A stretch of DNA of 63,651 bases, the filler included, from Rhabdomonas costata (Eukaryota), in the NCBI GenBank assembly GCA_019059605.1. It is 47 parts of 47 records of this genome, joined end to end, with 100 filler letters (N's around TTAATTAATTAA, not from the genome) between each part and the next. Parts side by side here need not be neighbours in the genome. Positions count along the whole stretch, not along the records: positions 47,482 to 48,737 come from JAHMHO010021692.1; positions 48,838 to 50,093 come from JAHMHO010021693.1; positions 50,194 to 51,449 come from JAHMHO010021694.1; positions 51,550 to 52,802 come from JAHMHO010021695.1; positions 52,903 to 54,159 come from JAHMHO010021696.1; positions 54,260 to 55,515 come from JAHMHO010021697.1; positions 55,616 to 56,871 come from JAHMHO010021698.1; positions 56,972 to 58,227 come from JAHMHO010021699.1; 39 more parts are not named here. One strand, 5' to 3'. Shown here one piece after another: positions 47,550 to 59,706 of this stretch (position 1 is the first letter of the stretch; the number at the start of each line of letters is the position of its first letter). The notes below the pieces were generated by a model. That model was not told the DNA's origin and searched no databases. It worked only from the letters and a program-made list of their open reading frames with translations. The position numbers were made by a program, and so were the translations under genes.

Positions 47550-48294
47550 ACTCGTTACGGACTCCTTTTCAACATGGTGCTGACCATGATGCTGTCCAGC
47601 ATAGCTAGCATCTCCTCTGTCGCGAGTGGCCGCAAGGTGCTTTACAAGCAGCTCGACTCGGCCTTCTTTCCTCCCGCCGTGTTCGCCATTGCGAACTGTC
47701 TCGTTCAGGTGTCATCCTGTCATGTGTCATCCCCGCTCCACAGGGTCACTTACCTTTGCCTTTGTGCACTGTCAAGCATTGGCGAAATAGGAGTCCAACA
47801 CAGGTTGCTCGTTTCTTGGTGTTCGTTTCCTTTACTCACAAGCAATGCTCTCGCAAGGGATTAGTAAGTGAATGTCTCTGTTACTAAGCATGACGAATTG
47901 TCTCCGCTTGGCATGCTGTGCATTCATTACGCCGTTATTTATCCATTGGACCTCTCCGAACCTGTTATTTCTAGAAGGTGAGATGCACCTTCTCTGCGCA
48001 GGGCCGTCAAGTGGAGTTTCGGTGTTGCGCAGTTTTCCACCCCTTACTATGCAGCAATGTTATGCTGTGTTCAGCCGTACCGTATGAAGGCCCGCCATCG
48101 AAGAGCTTTTACATGGCGGTGGTTGGTGTTTGAACCGAGGGTAGCTGTCCGGAAGTGTTGGGTGATTGGGCACCGCCCTGTAGCCCAAAACACAACCGCA
48201 TCTCAAAGCCATCATATTTTGAGGACCTTTGCTTTGTCCAAAAGGTTCCGCTGATGGCTGTCGAGGTGCTGATCTATGTTACGGCGACCTATTG
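47550..48294 (+). CDS. ABCG/PDR-type ABC transporter membrane domain; exons 47550-47708 and 48245-48294
   Basis: RYGLLFNMVLTMMLSSIASISSVASGRKVLYKQLDSAFFPPAVFAIANCLVQ|VPLMAVEVLIYVTATYW carries RxVFYKQ...FF and Px...E...YW. Confidence 0.88.
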
Positions 48295-48837
48295 GTGCGC
48301 ATCTGCTTCCCCCGCTGTGTCCTGTTCCTTTTTTTTCTGGTGTGCCTCCTCTGGTTTGTGGTGACCACCCATTCTTGTGCGGTACTTTCAGCTGGTATAT
48401 GTCTTCCTAATTTTCTGTTTAGATTCGGGCTCAATCCTGCTAGGGGACCACACAGGCACCTAGGGGACCGCCGTTATTTTTTCGCGGGGTTTGTGACCTG
48501 TTTCTTGGTTTATTTGTTCTTTTTGAAGATTAATGGAAGCTGTGATACTGGAAGCACTGCGACCGTGATTGTAGTGCTGGTACTTTGCTTAAGTAGCATC
48601 ACGACAGGAAGTTGGAGGAGGAACGAACGTAGTGAGTGACGACGACCGTATTCCCCTTACAACCGTGAGCGTAACCGATGTCAGTCGGTGGAGCGAACCA
48701 CACACAAAGGAGGGACTCGAGGTACACCCACCCACAGNNNNNNNNNNNNNNNNNNNNNNNNNNNNNNNNNNNNNNNNNNNNTTAATTAATTAANNNNNNN
48801 NNNNNNNNNNNNNNNNNNNNNNNNNNNNNNNNNNNNN

Positions 48838-49490
48838 TCAACGGCAACCGCCGCGTCCCGGGTTGCCCCGTCCGCCCACGGCAGCTCAGACTGAAGCTCC
48901 ACTTCTGGGCTTGTGTACTTCAGAGGGTTCCACGGCAAACAGCTCGGCAATAAGCCCTCCAGATCACCTGCATTCCCATCACAAAAATGTCCACACTTTG
49001 AGTGGAAAGTCAGAGGAGCGGCACTGTAAAAGGCAAAGTGTTGAGTTACAGAAAATGAAGAAACACAAAGCAGGCCCCTCAAGCAGGTAAGCAGGCGAGA
49101 GTCTTAAGTGTCCCCTTCCAGTTTCAGTTCCAAACGTGCGATTTTGGTTCCGGAATGCAACTGCGCGGAGCAATTCTCCAGAAATATTGCAGCAGCGGGG
49201 AAAACAGAGTTCCACCTAACTCACGCTCACTGTGGGAGTGCTCAGCGGCCAATTGCATTCACCCGTTCCAAGTTCGATGTGACCAATCCAAAGTACAATG
49301 CAGTACAGCTCAAAGTTTTATTAAAGGTGAACACCACCAGGGGGAAGAAAAAGAACGCACCTGTGCAGAAGCTGCGGGTCAGGCACAACTCGCGGCAGTC
49401 ACGGAGAGCTACTTCGCCAAAGGGAAACGGGAAGGCGACCCCGTATGCCACCCAAACCGCGGCAAGTGCAGTGTCCGCCATGACAGTCTT
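48838..49490 (-). CDS. Highly divergent dynein heavy chain-like fragment (stalk end/AAA5 entry); exons 49490-49361 and 48967-48838
   Basis: TVMADTALAAVWVAYGVAF...ELPWADGATRDAAVAV resembles the dynein pattern LxGDxLLxAAFxxYxGPF...GLPxDxxSxENAxI. Phase-1 GT-AG intron. Confidence 0.5.
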
Positions 49491-50193
49491 CTGCAACAAT
49501 AAACCTCAAACTCCACAATATATGTATTCTTGTGCGCAGGGGCTTGTTTTGTCAGCAGGTTTGTTGGCTGTGAAGAAAATTTAACTTATAAAATTTGATT
49601 GCGACCATTAACTTTTTGTAGCAACGCTCTAAAATTTCCCCAGCGTATAAAATATATGACGACACTATAAAATTTACAAGATGTTATAGTGTCTCCAAAA
49701 AAAGTACAAAATTTTACAGCAAAGCAAAAAAATTGCGCTGCCGGGACACATACGCCGCCCCCTAACCCCCTGCCAGACCAAATAAACTCAACTGGGGACT
49801 CTTTTCGGACGCTACACTACACAAGCACCTCGGATCTTGGACCGCGGCAACTGGACCCAACAGTTCAACGCCGAGAATGCGCAAACAAATCAGCGATAAA
49901 ATGTCAATATTGCCGTGGCAAATTTTTTGATTTTGAAAGAATGGTATATCATAGATTTTTCCATTCACACAGATTTTTAGTTGCTATAAAAAAGGAGGGC
50001 CATTTAACAAACTTAACCGTGACCGTGCGCAGCGAGCTCCAACCCCTTTCCCCTGAACAACTAAACAGGCAAAAAAAAACTGCCCCACCAACCNNNNNNN
50101 NNNNNNNNNNNNNNNNNNNNNNNNNNNNNNNNNNNNNTTAATTAATTAANNNNNNNNNNNNNNNNNNNNNNNNNNNNNNNNNNNNNNNNNNNN

Positions 50194-51311
50194 TGTGTTT
50201 GTGAGAAACGTCGCTGGCCACAGCCTGCTGGTGTGACTTGAGTGTGGCAGAAATCTGACCGATAATGTCATTAACCAAGTTACCACCCATGCAGAGGCGG
50301 ACTGGGTTGAGGAGGGTCACCACTTCGTCTGAGCCGCGGACACAAACTCCGGTGACAAGATGACGCTCGCGGGAGGTGACCAGCTCCCCCACACCGGGGA
50401 GCAATGTCCGAATCACAGGCATAGCTTCGGCAAGATCGGCAGCCAGAGCGCAATCCTTGGACACGAGGAACGCCAGGTCCTCCTCAGACAGCATCGAGAA
50501 ACGGGGGTTGATCGACCTAGCGTGGTGGTCCCACACTTGCTTCACAGGTTTGAGAATCAACTCCAAGTTCTGCAGGAAGGAGCCCAAGGTAGCTTGGGTT
50601 TCGTTCCCCACGAGAACGAACGGGGTGTTACTGACAATATCCATGATCATTGCCCACAGCTTCAAAGCTTCTCTCAGCTCATCCGGATGGTGGAGAACAG
50701 AGGGGCAGGTCTGCGTGCGGTGAAAGGAAACCAAGTGAATCAGGAAGTGCTGCCAGGTTCGTAAGCGCTCGAGAAGGAGTCGCGCAGACTCCATAGTCTT
50801 CAGAAACGTCTCCACGTTGCTCGCAACGTGCTCGCCAGACGCTCCACCCCTGAGCCTAATGTCGAAAAACATCCAACAACTCTGAACAAGCAGTACACCA
50901 GAACACTAACCCAACACCAATTCTCAACCAATATCGAGCTATGCAAGCAATCAGATCGACAGGGAGGTCAGCTTTTGCACTGAGCAAAATACAAGTCACC
51001 TCTTGAATGCGGTCCGATGGCCCAGCATGCAGCACCAGCAAAATTTCATGCACATCTGAAGCACCATGCAGAAACTACACAGCTCCAAACGCCCGTCATC
51101 TATCCATTAGGTACCCAACTAGGTACGAAGTCAAAAATCTCGATAATGAGTACTCAGTTACCGAGAAAAGAAAAAGAGAAGGAACGCACCGTTTAAGCTC
51201 TGCGCAGGTCGTTGAAATCAGCGCAAGGCCACTTTCCAGACTCTGGTCATCCAAGAGGACGCTAATCTCGGGAGGGTGGGTGCCAGCAAAGCGAAGGTCC
51301 CATTGTGTCCA
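50194..51311 (-). CDS. Highly divergent dynein heavy chain-like fragment (linker, DHC_N2); exons 51311-51190 and 50855-50194
   Basis: LRTWQHFLIHLVSF...LELILKPVKQVWDHHARSINPRFSMLSEEDLAFLVS...LLPGVGEL...VTGVCVRGSDEVVTLLNPV follows WxxVQxxWxYLExIF...KRxxFPRFYFLSxDELLxILS...FxGIxxL...IxGMxSxEGExVxFxxPV in order. Phase-2 GT-AG intron. Confidence 0.7.
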
Positions 51312-52293
51312 CTGAAAGATACCCCCAATGCAACGAAAAGAAGTTGGAAAGAAGAAAAGTGTACCCACGAATACAAGGAAAAAAATGAAATACAAGGAGA
51401 AAAATGAACGAAAAAAAAGACCAAGAAACCAAGCAGAAAACACACACCCNNNNNNNNNNNNNNNNNNNNNNNNNNNNNNNNNNNNNNNNNNNNTTAATTA
51501 ATTAANNNNNNNNNNNNNNNNNNNNNNNNNNNNNNNNNNNNNNNNNNNNGGGGTGTGGGGACAACTTGAAAACCTCTGCAACAGACAAGCCCACAGTTGA
51601 GTTCAACCGGCAGGTTGGCAATACATGGTCTGAACAATGTCGAATGCAAAAGGCAAAAATCTACAGCTGATATCACCGGCACATCAGGAAAACCTCGGTG
51701 TATCGTCAAATAAACGGAAGGTTGCCGGCAGATTCATGGGCATTCACGGTAAACCTAGCGCTCGACGCTGCCCGCAACACTAAAGGCGGCGGTGCACGTG
51801 AGGAAAACATCGCAGTTTCCTCTTATGGAGGGAATTTCATGTAAAACTCGGAAGAATAAGACACCAGCAAGTTTAGGGCTGCCTGCCTTCTGCGAGGCCC
51901 TTCCTGTGAGGGCAGTGCTGAGGTCCGCAGTCTTGCAATGAATCGGAAACGGCTCAAGTTCGTTTCAGAATGACCCTTCTCGGGGTGCTCATGCCGAAGC
52001 GTAGATAAGGATACGGGCAGTTCAGTGAGTCAGGCAAATAACCAACCAGCCAAAAAAAATACAGGGAGCTGAACGGGTCCACCCTGTTTGGGCGGTGAAA
52101 CTAGTGCTTTTATGGGCCCCTTCCGGAGAGTGCATGGGGTTAGGAGACGGTGGATGAGTCCCCTGGGATTCTAATAGAGGCTTTTGCAGGAGGTTAGCAG
52201 GTGAAACACAGAGATTCAGTTTCTGCGAAGCAGCACCACCAAACTCAAAGAGCAGAATGTTCCAGCGTGGAGAGGAGAAGCAGGTTCGCACAC

Positions 52294-52682
52294 CATTAGC
52301 TTGTTAACCATCGTCCCAAAAAACGCCTGGATGTCCGCAATCTCCTTGAACCGGCTGCACTTCTGCTTGATCACGTCCAGGTTCATCTCCGCAACCTCCT
52401 CCATCTGGTGGCTGAGCCGGATCAGAGGCGCTGTCACCAGGTACGAGATCAGCAGCCCCGCAGCCACAGAGAGAACGGCAATTGCGGTCAGCGTGTAGGC
52501 CAGCATCTTTGAGGCTGCGTCGTTGATGTCCGCGAAGAGCTGAGTCAGGGAGATCACCACGCTGACCCGCCACAGGAGCCCATAGGGGAGAATCATCAGA
52601 TGCCCCAGGTGCTCGTAGTCCTGCCCGCTCAGGTGAAAGGCGAACTTCACTGTGTCATTGCTTGCGGACGGCACCGCCAAAT
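52294..52682 (-). CDS. Exon of a membrane receptor with TM + HAMP domain (receptor-cyclase-like)
   Basis: WRVSVVISLTQLFADI...LAYTLTAIAVLSVAAGLLISYLVTAPLIRLSHQMEEVAEMNLD...SRFKEIADIQAFFGTMVNKL gives the end of a Cache-like domain, a TM helix and HAMP (PLxxL...EIxxLxxxFxxM). Confidence 0.82.
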
Positions 52683-54763
52683 CTGTTGTGCACAAAGCAT
52701 CTCATTTCCACACTACTTCCTACTACTTGGCGCCCAAAAAAGGGTACGTGATGAGACACGCAGATTTCAACAGTTCTTCTACAGGAAGTATCACCCAACC
52801 ACNNNNNNNNNNNNNNNNNNNNNNNNNNNNNNNNNNNNNNNNNNNNTTAATTAATTAANNNNNNNNNNNNNNNNNNNNNNNNNNNNNNNNNNNNNNNNNN
52901 NNGTGGTTGTGGAGGCGAGTCGTTAGAAAGATCGGTCGTCGGTAGTCAGAGATACGCCCTACGCCATAGCAGGGGACTGCGTAACGGTTCAAAACACGTG
53001 GGAGAGTCTTCGAATGGATGAAATATAAAAAACACGTTGGTGTTCGCAGTCGTCATAATTTTCAGAGTCATTTTCGACGGAGTGAGGAAAGTGGTCGATA
53101 TACGAGATTTGAGAGAAATGTTTGACAAGCTAAAGATTGGAAGTTTGAAAGTTCAGCGCTTGAGTTGAGAAGAGAGGAGAGCGTTGTTGCTGGAAGAGCA
53201 GAGATAAATTGTGTTGGTGAGATGAGACTTTAGAAAAGCTCAAGAGTTGATGAAGTAGTGGTGAATTTGGATAAAGCCATTGGAGGTAGTCACGGAATAT
53301 ATATGGGAGAGTTGAATGGAGAGACAGTTGAGGACGAATGGGAAGCAAGAGCAAGAACATCTGACCGAGGCAAGTCGGGAAAAAGCACAACCTGAGTATA
53401 TGACAGCCTGCCCGGCAGAAAAGCAAATTGAGAGAGGAATGGTAGAGAAGGTTTTTTCTCTGGCGACGAGGGTGAAAACGGTCCGGCCATACCACCAAAA
53501 TGTAGATACTGGTCGTTGGCCAGAACAGAAATGCTTGGCCATTCTTGTCTCGCGGAAATGAAACGCTGCCACTATTGCGGAGTACCCAGCGACACCGAAG
53601 GGACCTGAAGGCACCTGAGAAAATGCGGGCACAGTTTGCTCAAAGAGAAAATGCGTTCCATCCGCCGAGACGGAATCATCTTGGCACCTAGCACCCGCCG
53701 ACCAGCTGTCACACGCCGTCTGTCCGCCGAGCCTCTTACGTGCCTCCTACCTCTTGCGGGTGGTCGTGGCTCTGGGCTCCGCTTCTGACAGCCTGTATCC
53801 CGACTTAGCTGGCACTAAGTGGGCGCAGCCGCGGTTTACCTGGGCAAAGCGGGTGGTTTAGCTGGACTTCTCTTGCTGTGGCTTCTGCTGGCTGCTCGAT
53901 TCAAAGGCCTTTGCTTTCGAGGTTTCCGCTGGGAGGTGGGATCCTGGAGGTCTTGCCTCTACCCAGACGTCCGCTTACGCCTTTCCCGCACAAAACCAAG
54001 GCAAACAGGAAAGGAACGTCACCAAAGCACAGCACGGGGGAAGTGAGAAGGTTCAGCGCTCAACATTTTTCGCCTATACCTCGCTTTAGCCTGGCTCTGT
54101 TGATCTTTGTCGCTCCGACCTTTAAAATAGGTGAACAGCTTTCTATTCACAACCCACAANNNNNNNNNNNNNNNNNNNNNNNNNNNNNNNNNNNNNNNNN
54201 NNNTTAATTAATTAANNNNNNNNNNNNNNNNNNNNNNNNNNNNNNNNNNNNNNNNNNNNGGGGGGGGGCGACTGCTGCTCCACAAATGCGAAGGCCGAAG
54301 ACGGGGGAATCCCATCAAAGGGGCGCCTAATCCGATTCAGCGTGCGTTCGGAAGGATACGGGCCGACAGGAGGCAGTGTGGGTAACAGCGAGCAGGTGTG
54401 GTGTTGAGGATGACTGTCCGTTCAGAGTGCGTAACTTTGATAACTCTAAGAGCACCTCCTCACCTTCAGAAAGTATGAACGAACTCAGAGGTCTTTGATC
54501 GTCTCCCGCCGGCCGCTCAGATATGGAAACCTACCATCGAGCAAAGGGTATCGCGTTCCTCATGGCTTAAGTGCAGGTTTCTGGTGAATCACGACGTCCC
54601 CCTTTGCTCTCTTGTTTTCGCTTGCGCCTGCGTTTGAGTGGAAACTCGAGAGTAACCAAAACTCCTAAAAAAAACAGCACAATTAAAAAAAGCGAGGAAC
54701 GAGGAGGGGAGAGAGACATGATAAGAGAGTATAGGACAGGAAACGGGGGCGCGAGAAGGGTAC

Positions 54764-54950
54764 CCAGCACGGTGTAATTCATACGGTCCTCACAGCCGAT
54801 GTTCCCGACCATTACCCGCCCCGAGTGCAGCCCCATCCGCACCCCCAGGGTGGGCCAGGCCTTGACCATCCAAGCCTGGTTCAGCCCACGCACCACCCCG
54901 CGGATCGCCAGTGCGGTGCGGCAAGCCTCCAGCTGGTGATCCTCCACAGG
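54764..54950 (-). CDS. Class III adenylate/guanylate cyclase catalytic domain exon
   Basis: PVEDHQLEACRTALAI...LGVRMGLHSGRVMVGNIGCEDRMNYTVLG, bounded by ccgcag| and |gtaccc. Confidence 0.92.
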
Positions 54951-56067
54951 CTGCGGGGTTGTGGGAGTGAAAAGAGAAAGGAAAGGGAACCTGAACCATA
55001 GAACAAAACTGGGATCATCTTTCACACTGGAGATTTCTCTGTTTTGGCCGGCGTTGGAGTTGCCTTCGCCCCGTGCTCCCTTTTTTTATGCAATCTGCGG
55101 GCCGGACGCAATAGAGAGTCTCCCTTATCGCTTGTGATACGTTCCCCTCTCGAACGGACTCACGGTGTTGGGTTCCTATGTCGGTCCACCCTCCCACTTG
55201 AGGACCACTGCCGCAAACTCCCCGCAACGGCCTTCCTTCTCGTGCGTTCCTGTCACGTTCCCCCAGCCCAGCCTAGTAGAGATATGAGGCTCTTTCAGGC
55301 TTCGATTTGTTCTCTTGAAGTCCAATTTGGGTGGAACAAGTACGCCACGGCATGACTTTTGGGAGCGCGTCGCTGAGCGGCGCGGCGGATCCGCCAATGC
55401 ACTTCGTGTGAAAGAGCAGTGCCCTCCAAAATAGGGAAAATAGGGAAAATGGGGATAACTTGCCTGTCGATGCTGTCCGGGAGGTTGTAGTTCACCAACA
55501 ACCCAAACACACCAANNNNNNNNNNNNNNNNNNNNNNNNNNNNNNNNNNNNNNNNNNNNTTAATTAATTAANNNNNNNNNNNNNNNNNNNNNNNNNNNNN
55601 NNNNNNNNNNNNNNNGGTGGGGGTTAGGAGGGAGCGGCAACGGTTAACACTGCTATACTATGGGCACATTTAAAAAAAGTTGTTATAGGCTCCCCAGATC
55701 ATGTCCCCGCTCCATCCGCCCGCTCCGGCCGCGGCGCGCCTCCGCCGCTACCCTTCGCCCCTAAACTGACGCTGTCTTACGTCTTACTCGTCCGGCCATT
55801 TTCCAGCCATTGGCGAGCCCTAAGCCAGCAGGGGTTTTCAGCTGCCAAGCAAAAACAACCATCTAGGGGGTCACTGGCAAAGGTTACCCAACCCCCTTAC
55901 ACAAAACTAAAGTCATTTCGAAATGCTATATATCTACTGTTTTAATCAGTCAGGTCACGTCCCACAAGCAAGTATATTAATTATCATGTCACCATCGGAC
56001 TACCCGAGGTGGAAATGTTGAATTTACCCCCTCGCAGAACCATCCAACAAAAGCAAGGGGGAGGTAC

Positions 56068-56614
56068 CAGAAGGTACTTCGCGGGGGCGTTGCGGCGGCC
56101 GTTCTGGATCTGGCAGTACAGCTTCCAGGTGCGCTCGTTGAAGCCGTAGTTGAAGTAGTCCGAGATGTCCGCCCCTAAACCAGCCCAACGAGAACTCCTG
56201 CTCAACACGCTGAGACCATTCATGCTAGCAAGGGCTCTTCTTCTTCTTCTTCGTTTTTCTTCACTTAGGGTGAAACTCAATTATCATCTCGTGTGCATTC
56301 CAGCTCAACGACAATCACCTTGGGCCCGACCGCTGGTCATGGTACGGCTCTTCATCGGTGCAACATGCTTTCACTTTCTGCTTTTCAATGGTATCATGGA
56401 ATGAATGCGAGAGGGGGGGGGGGTCCGCCAACTCTGTAGTGCAATTACAGGTCCTTAGCAACATCTCTCCTGCTGAAATAGTAAGGCAGGGAAAGTCTCC
56501 ACGGTCCGGGCAATGAGATCACATCGACTTTCCCGGTCTCAGAGCTATGGCGGAAGCGCTACCTGGCTTGCACCAGGGCTTCTCCGGGATGGAGTCCACG
56601 TCAAAGGTGTACAC
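56068..56614 (-). CDS. FIP1: Pre-mRNA 3'-end processing factor Fip1, conserved domain; exons 56614-56563 and 56174-~56068
   Basis: Spliced VYTFDVDSIPEKPWCKP|GADISDYFNYGFNERTWKLYC is the Fip1 motif KPWRKPGADISDYFNYGFxExTWxxYC. Confidence 0.93.
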
Positions 56615-57323
56615 CTGATGCGAAAAACGAAGAGAGAGATTCATAAAGAAGTTCACGGATTGTGCATCAGTACGGTGCAACCCCTGTTTTCCTTCGCTCA
56701 AGTTACCGTTGAGATACAAAAACGTTTTTCAACCATTTTTTTTGAGTTATATCTGTTGAAGTCTGCACCGCCCCTTACTTCGCCACAAAAGGACCCGTCG
56801 GCAGATCGACGGCAGAAAACTTGGTTCAAGGAAAACCTGTCCCTCCGTCAATCTCGCAGGCAAAAAAAACANNNNNNNNNNNNNNNNNNNNNNNNNNNNN
56901 NNNNNNNNNNNNNNNTTAATTAATTAANNNNNNNNNNNNNNNNNNNNNNNNNNNNNNNNNNNNNNNNNNNNGAGGGTTCTGAGTTGGAGGTTGGAGTGTG
57001 GAAGGTGAGGGTCAGATGTTGGAGTCAGAAGGTCAGAGGTTCTGAGGTTGGGGTCAGAGGGTGCGTGTGTGATTGACGTTGGGGTTGGGGTTGAGGTTGG
57101 GCGTTACACTGTTTGCAGTACCAAACGCTCTGTACTGCTGAACAGCAACAGGTCCTATCCTCCCTCAAGCCAACGTCGGCGGGGTGGTGTACGGGTGTAA
57201 CCTACTTTGGAACTACTTTGGAGAAAAAAATGTAAATCCATATAGGGGTCAATGAGACAGTTGCGGGTGACCGAAACAAAACATCGGGGTTCGGTTCGGT
57301 CTGCTGAACGTTTAGCCACTCAC

Positions 57324-58144
57324 CACTCAGAGCACACTCTCTGTAGCATTCCATTTCGGCTGCGCTGTCGCGGACTGGCCTCCCTTCATGAAACAAATCT
57401 GACACACTTGTCTCCCACTTGTCCAACACAGACGTCTAAAATGTTTGGCAGTTGCTAAAGCCCCTCCTCCTCCAATACAATTTCCCCAGATATGATAATA
57501 ATGAATGTGGGTTAATGCAATTTGACTGCCGCCGCAGCGAGTTTCCGATGATTATACCGCGTCGGCTTCTATTTACGCAGAGAGGGGGGCTGAGGGTAGC
57601 GAAAAACCATACACCGCCATTGAACTCGTTCTTCCCACCGTTATCGACCCATACCGTCACAACCTTCACAACCACACAATGGCACAATGACAGACACATT
57701 GCCACATAATGGATGAATTGGGGTAGCAACCAGCTTACCGTTATCCACATCGTTATCGGTCGAATGTGGAGCCCAAAGAAATTGACGCATCCTGTGGTAA
57801 CCGGGCGTGCATGGGGTGACAACGTCCGCAAGACATGTCATTGCCGTTTCTAAATCATAAGAGGAAAACAAAAAGCTGGCACGAAAGCATCGAAAGAGGA
57901 ACACGAGCTGTGATCATGGCCTTCCTTATGGTGTCATGGCAGCAGGCGAATTTTTTCTCCGTCTGGTGCGGCACACCTCCGCATAGTACTCTCCTGTAAC
58001 GAGCTGGCTCCAAGGGAGGGAGACCAGGGTCTGGTCAATGGGCAGGCCAGCCAGTGCCTTCTTCAGCGCCAAACCTTGTGGACTCTGGGGAGCGACGTCT
58101 AGGGTCCATAAAAACGCATGGCGCGGGACCAAGGCGGAGGTCAC
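57324..58144 (-). CDS. Hypothetical protein; exons 58144-57977 and 57435-57324
   Basis: Two phase-compatible GT-AG bounded open frames (VTSALVPRHAFLW...GEYYAE|TSVLDKW...RECALS). Confidence 0.5.
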
Positions 58145-58375
58145 CTGTGCGTTTTACCAGAAACACACGAAGAATATCCGTGTGCACTAATGCAAGCATG
58201 CCACAAAGAGCATGCCACAAACCCACANNNNNNNNNNNNNNNNNNNNNNNNNNNNNNNNNNNNNNNNNNNNTTAATTAATTAANNNNNNNNNNNNNNNNN
58301 NNNNNNNNNNNNNNNNNNNNNNNNNNNGGGTTGTTGTTCATCCAAGAGAACTGAAACGACATTATTGCTGTTCAC

Positions 58376-59400
58376 CTCGATTTCATGCTTGTCCGACAGT
58401 GGTCGAAGGAACATGGCATGAAGGTGAAGAAGATAGCTCCACTCTTCATGCTCCTCCCTATCAGAGGAAAAGTCCAAGAAGGTGAACAGCAATAATGTCG
58501 TTTCAGTTCTCTTGGATGAACAACAGATCGCCCTCAAGCCACACCTGAAGAGTGCGGTGCGGTGCTTCAACTCCACGTTCGGAAGGTCCCGGTTCACCTC
58601 TGACCATCCTTCGGCAATGAGAGTGTAGGTCTGCGCGCGGAACATTTCTTCCCGTCGGGTCAACCAGTCTCGTGCAACCTCCTCCTAAGAGTGTGCGAAA
58701 ATGCAACAGCACAGCCAACAACAGTGAAGGTTCGAAACTGCTCACCCTGTCCCTGACACACACACGATGCGATGCAGTCAGTGTAAGCAAGGGTCAGTCG
58801 GGTAATTGCCCGGTTGCAAGGCGTTATCGGGCTGAACATCAAGTGCGAGAGTCAAGCTTTCTGACATGGCGAGATTTCTATTAATCTTAACACGCACACA
58901 AACATACTGCACAAAGGGTTAGGAAAATAGGCGCTAAAGTGCGCAAAGGCGGAACGTGCTACTACAACGCAAACAGAATGGTTTCCACCATTTCGAGAAT
59001 AATCATGCCTGAAAAGAAGCGATTCCGAGAAGCCCAGCATTGGCACGGAATTCCGTCAGGCGGCGGTCTGCTTCTTCCCATTGCATGAACTGGCGAAGGC
59101 ACCGGTTGTGGACAGCGTGAACGCCCCTGAATCCCGAAAAGCCAAAACTCCAGGAACTTGAAAAAGGGACGCGAAAAACTTCACTCCAAATCCCCCCAGA
59201 AAAAGCTCCGCAAACGCGAACTATCAAATCTATCTGTCCCCAAGTCAGAGAAGAAAACTGGCACAGACCTCACGACCCATCCCAAAGACTTTGCGCAGCA
59301 TCCGAAGCACGGCGGGTTCTTTGCAACGTATTCGGAGCTCCACGCTGCGGCGCATCTTCTGGTGCAGGATCGCCCTGCACTGCGCGCGGCGTTCCTGAAC
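58376..59400 (-). CDS. Hypothetical helical Glu/Arg-rich protein; exons 59400-59277, 59156-59009, 58684-58545, 58457-58376
   Basis: Four exons splice into one stop-free frame (...QWEEADRRLTEF...ASFQ|EEVARDWLTRREEMFR...ALFR|EEHEEWSYL...) if the second intron uses a CAG|gcatga donor. Confidence 0.55.
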
Positions 59401-59706
59401 CTGTGACCGCGCATCCGTCAGACAAACATTTTTTTCTTTTTTTTCGTTATCACTCATCATAAAGCAATGTGAGAAACGTATCAAAGATTGTGAAAAAAAA
59501 CACTCTCCATACATCCGCCAGGTAAAAAAATGACCAATGCACGGGTCCCTATCGTGACCTGCAAAATGGTCTACCCCCACCCCNNNNNNNNNNNNNNNNN
59601 NNNNNNNNNNNNNNNNNNNNNNNNNNNTTAATTAATTAANNNNNNNNNNNNNNNNNNNNNNNNNNNNNNNNNNNNNNNNNNNNGGGGTGTTGGGCTGCTC
59701 CAGCTG

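Noticed and set aside
52903-53632. Purine-skewed region with overlapping ORFs as a decayed retroelement
   Set aside because: I could not find a convincing RT, endonuclease or gag motif in any frame.
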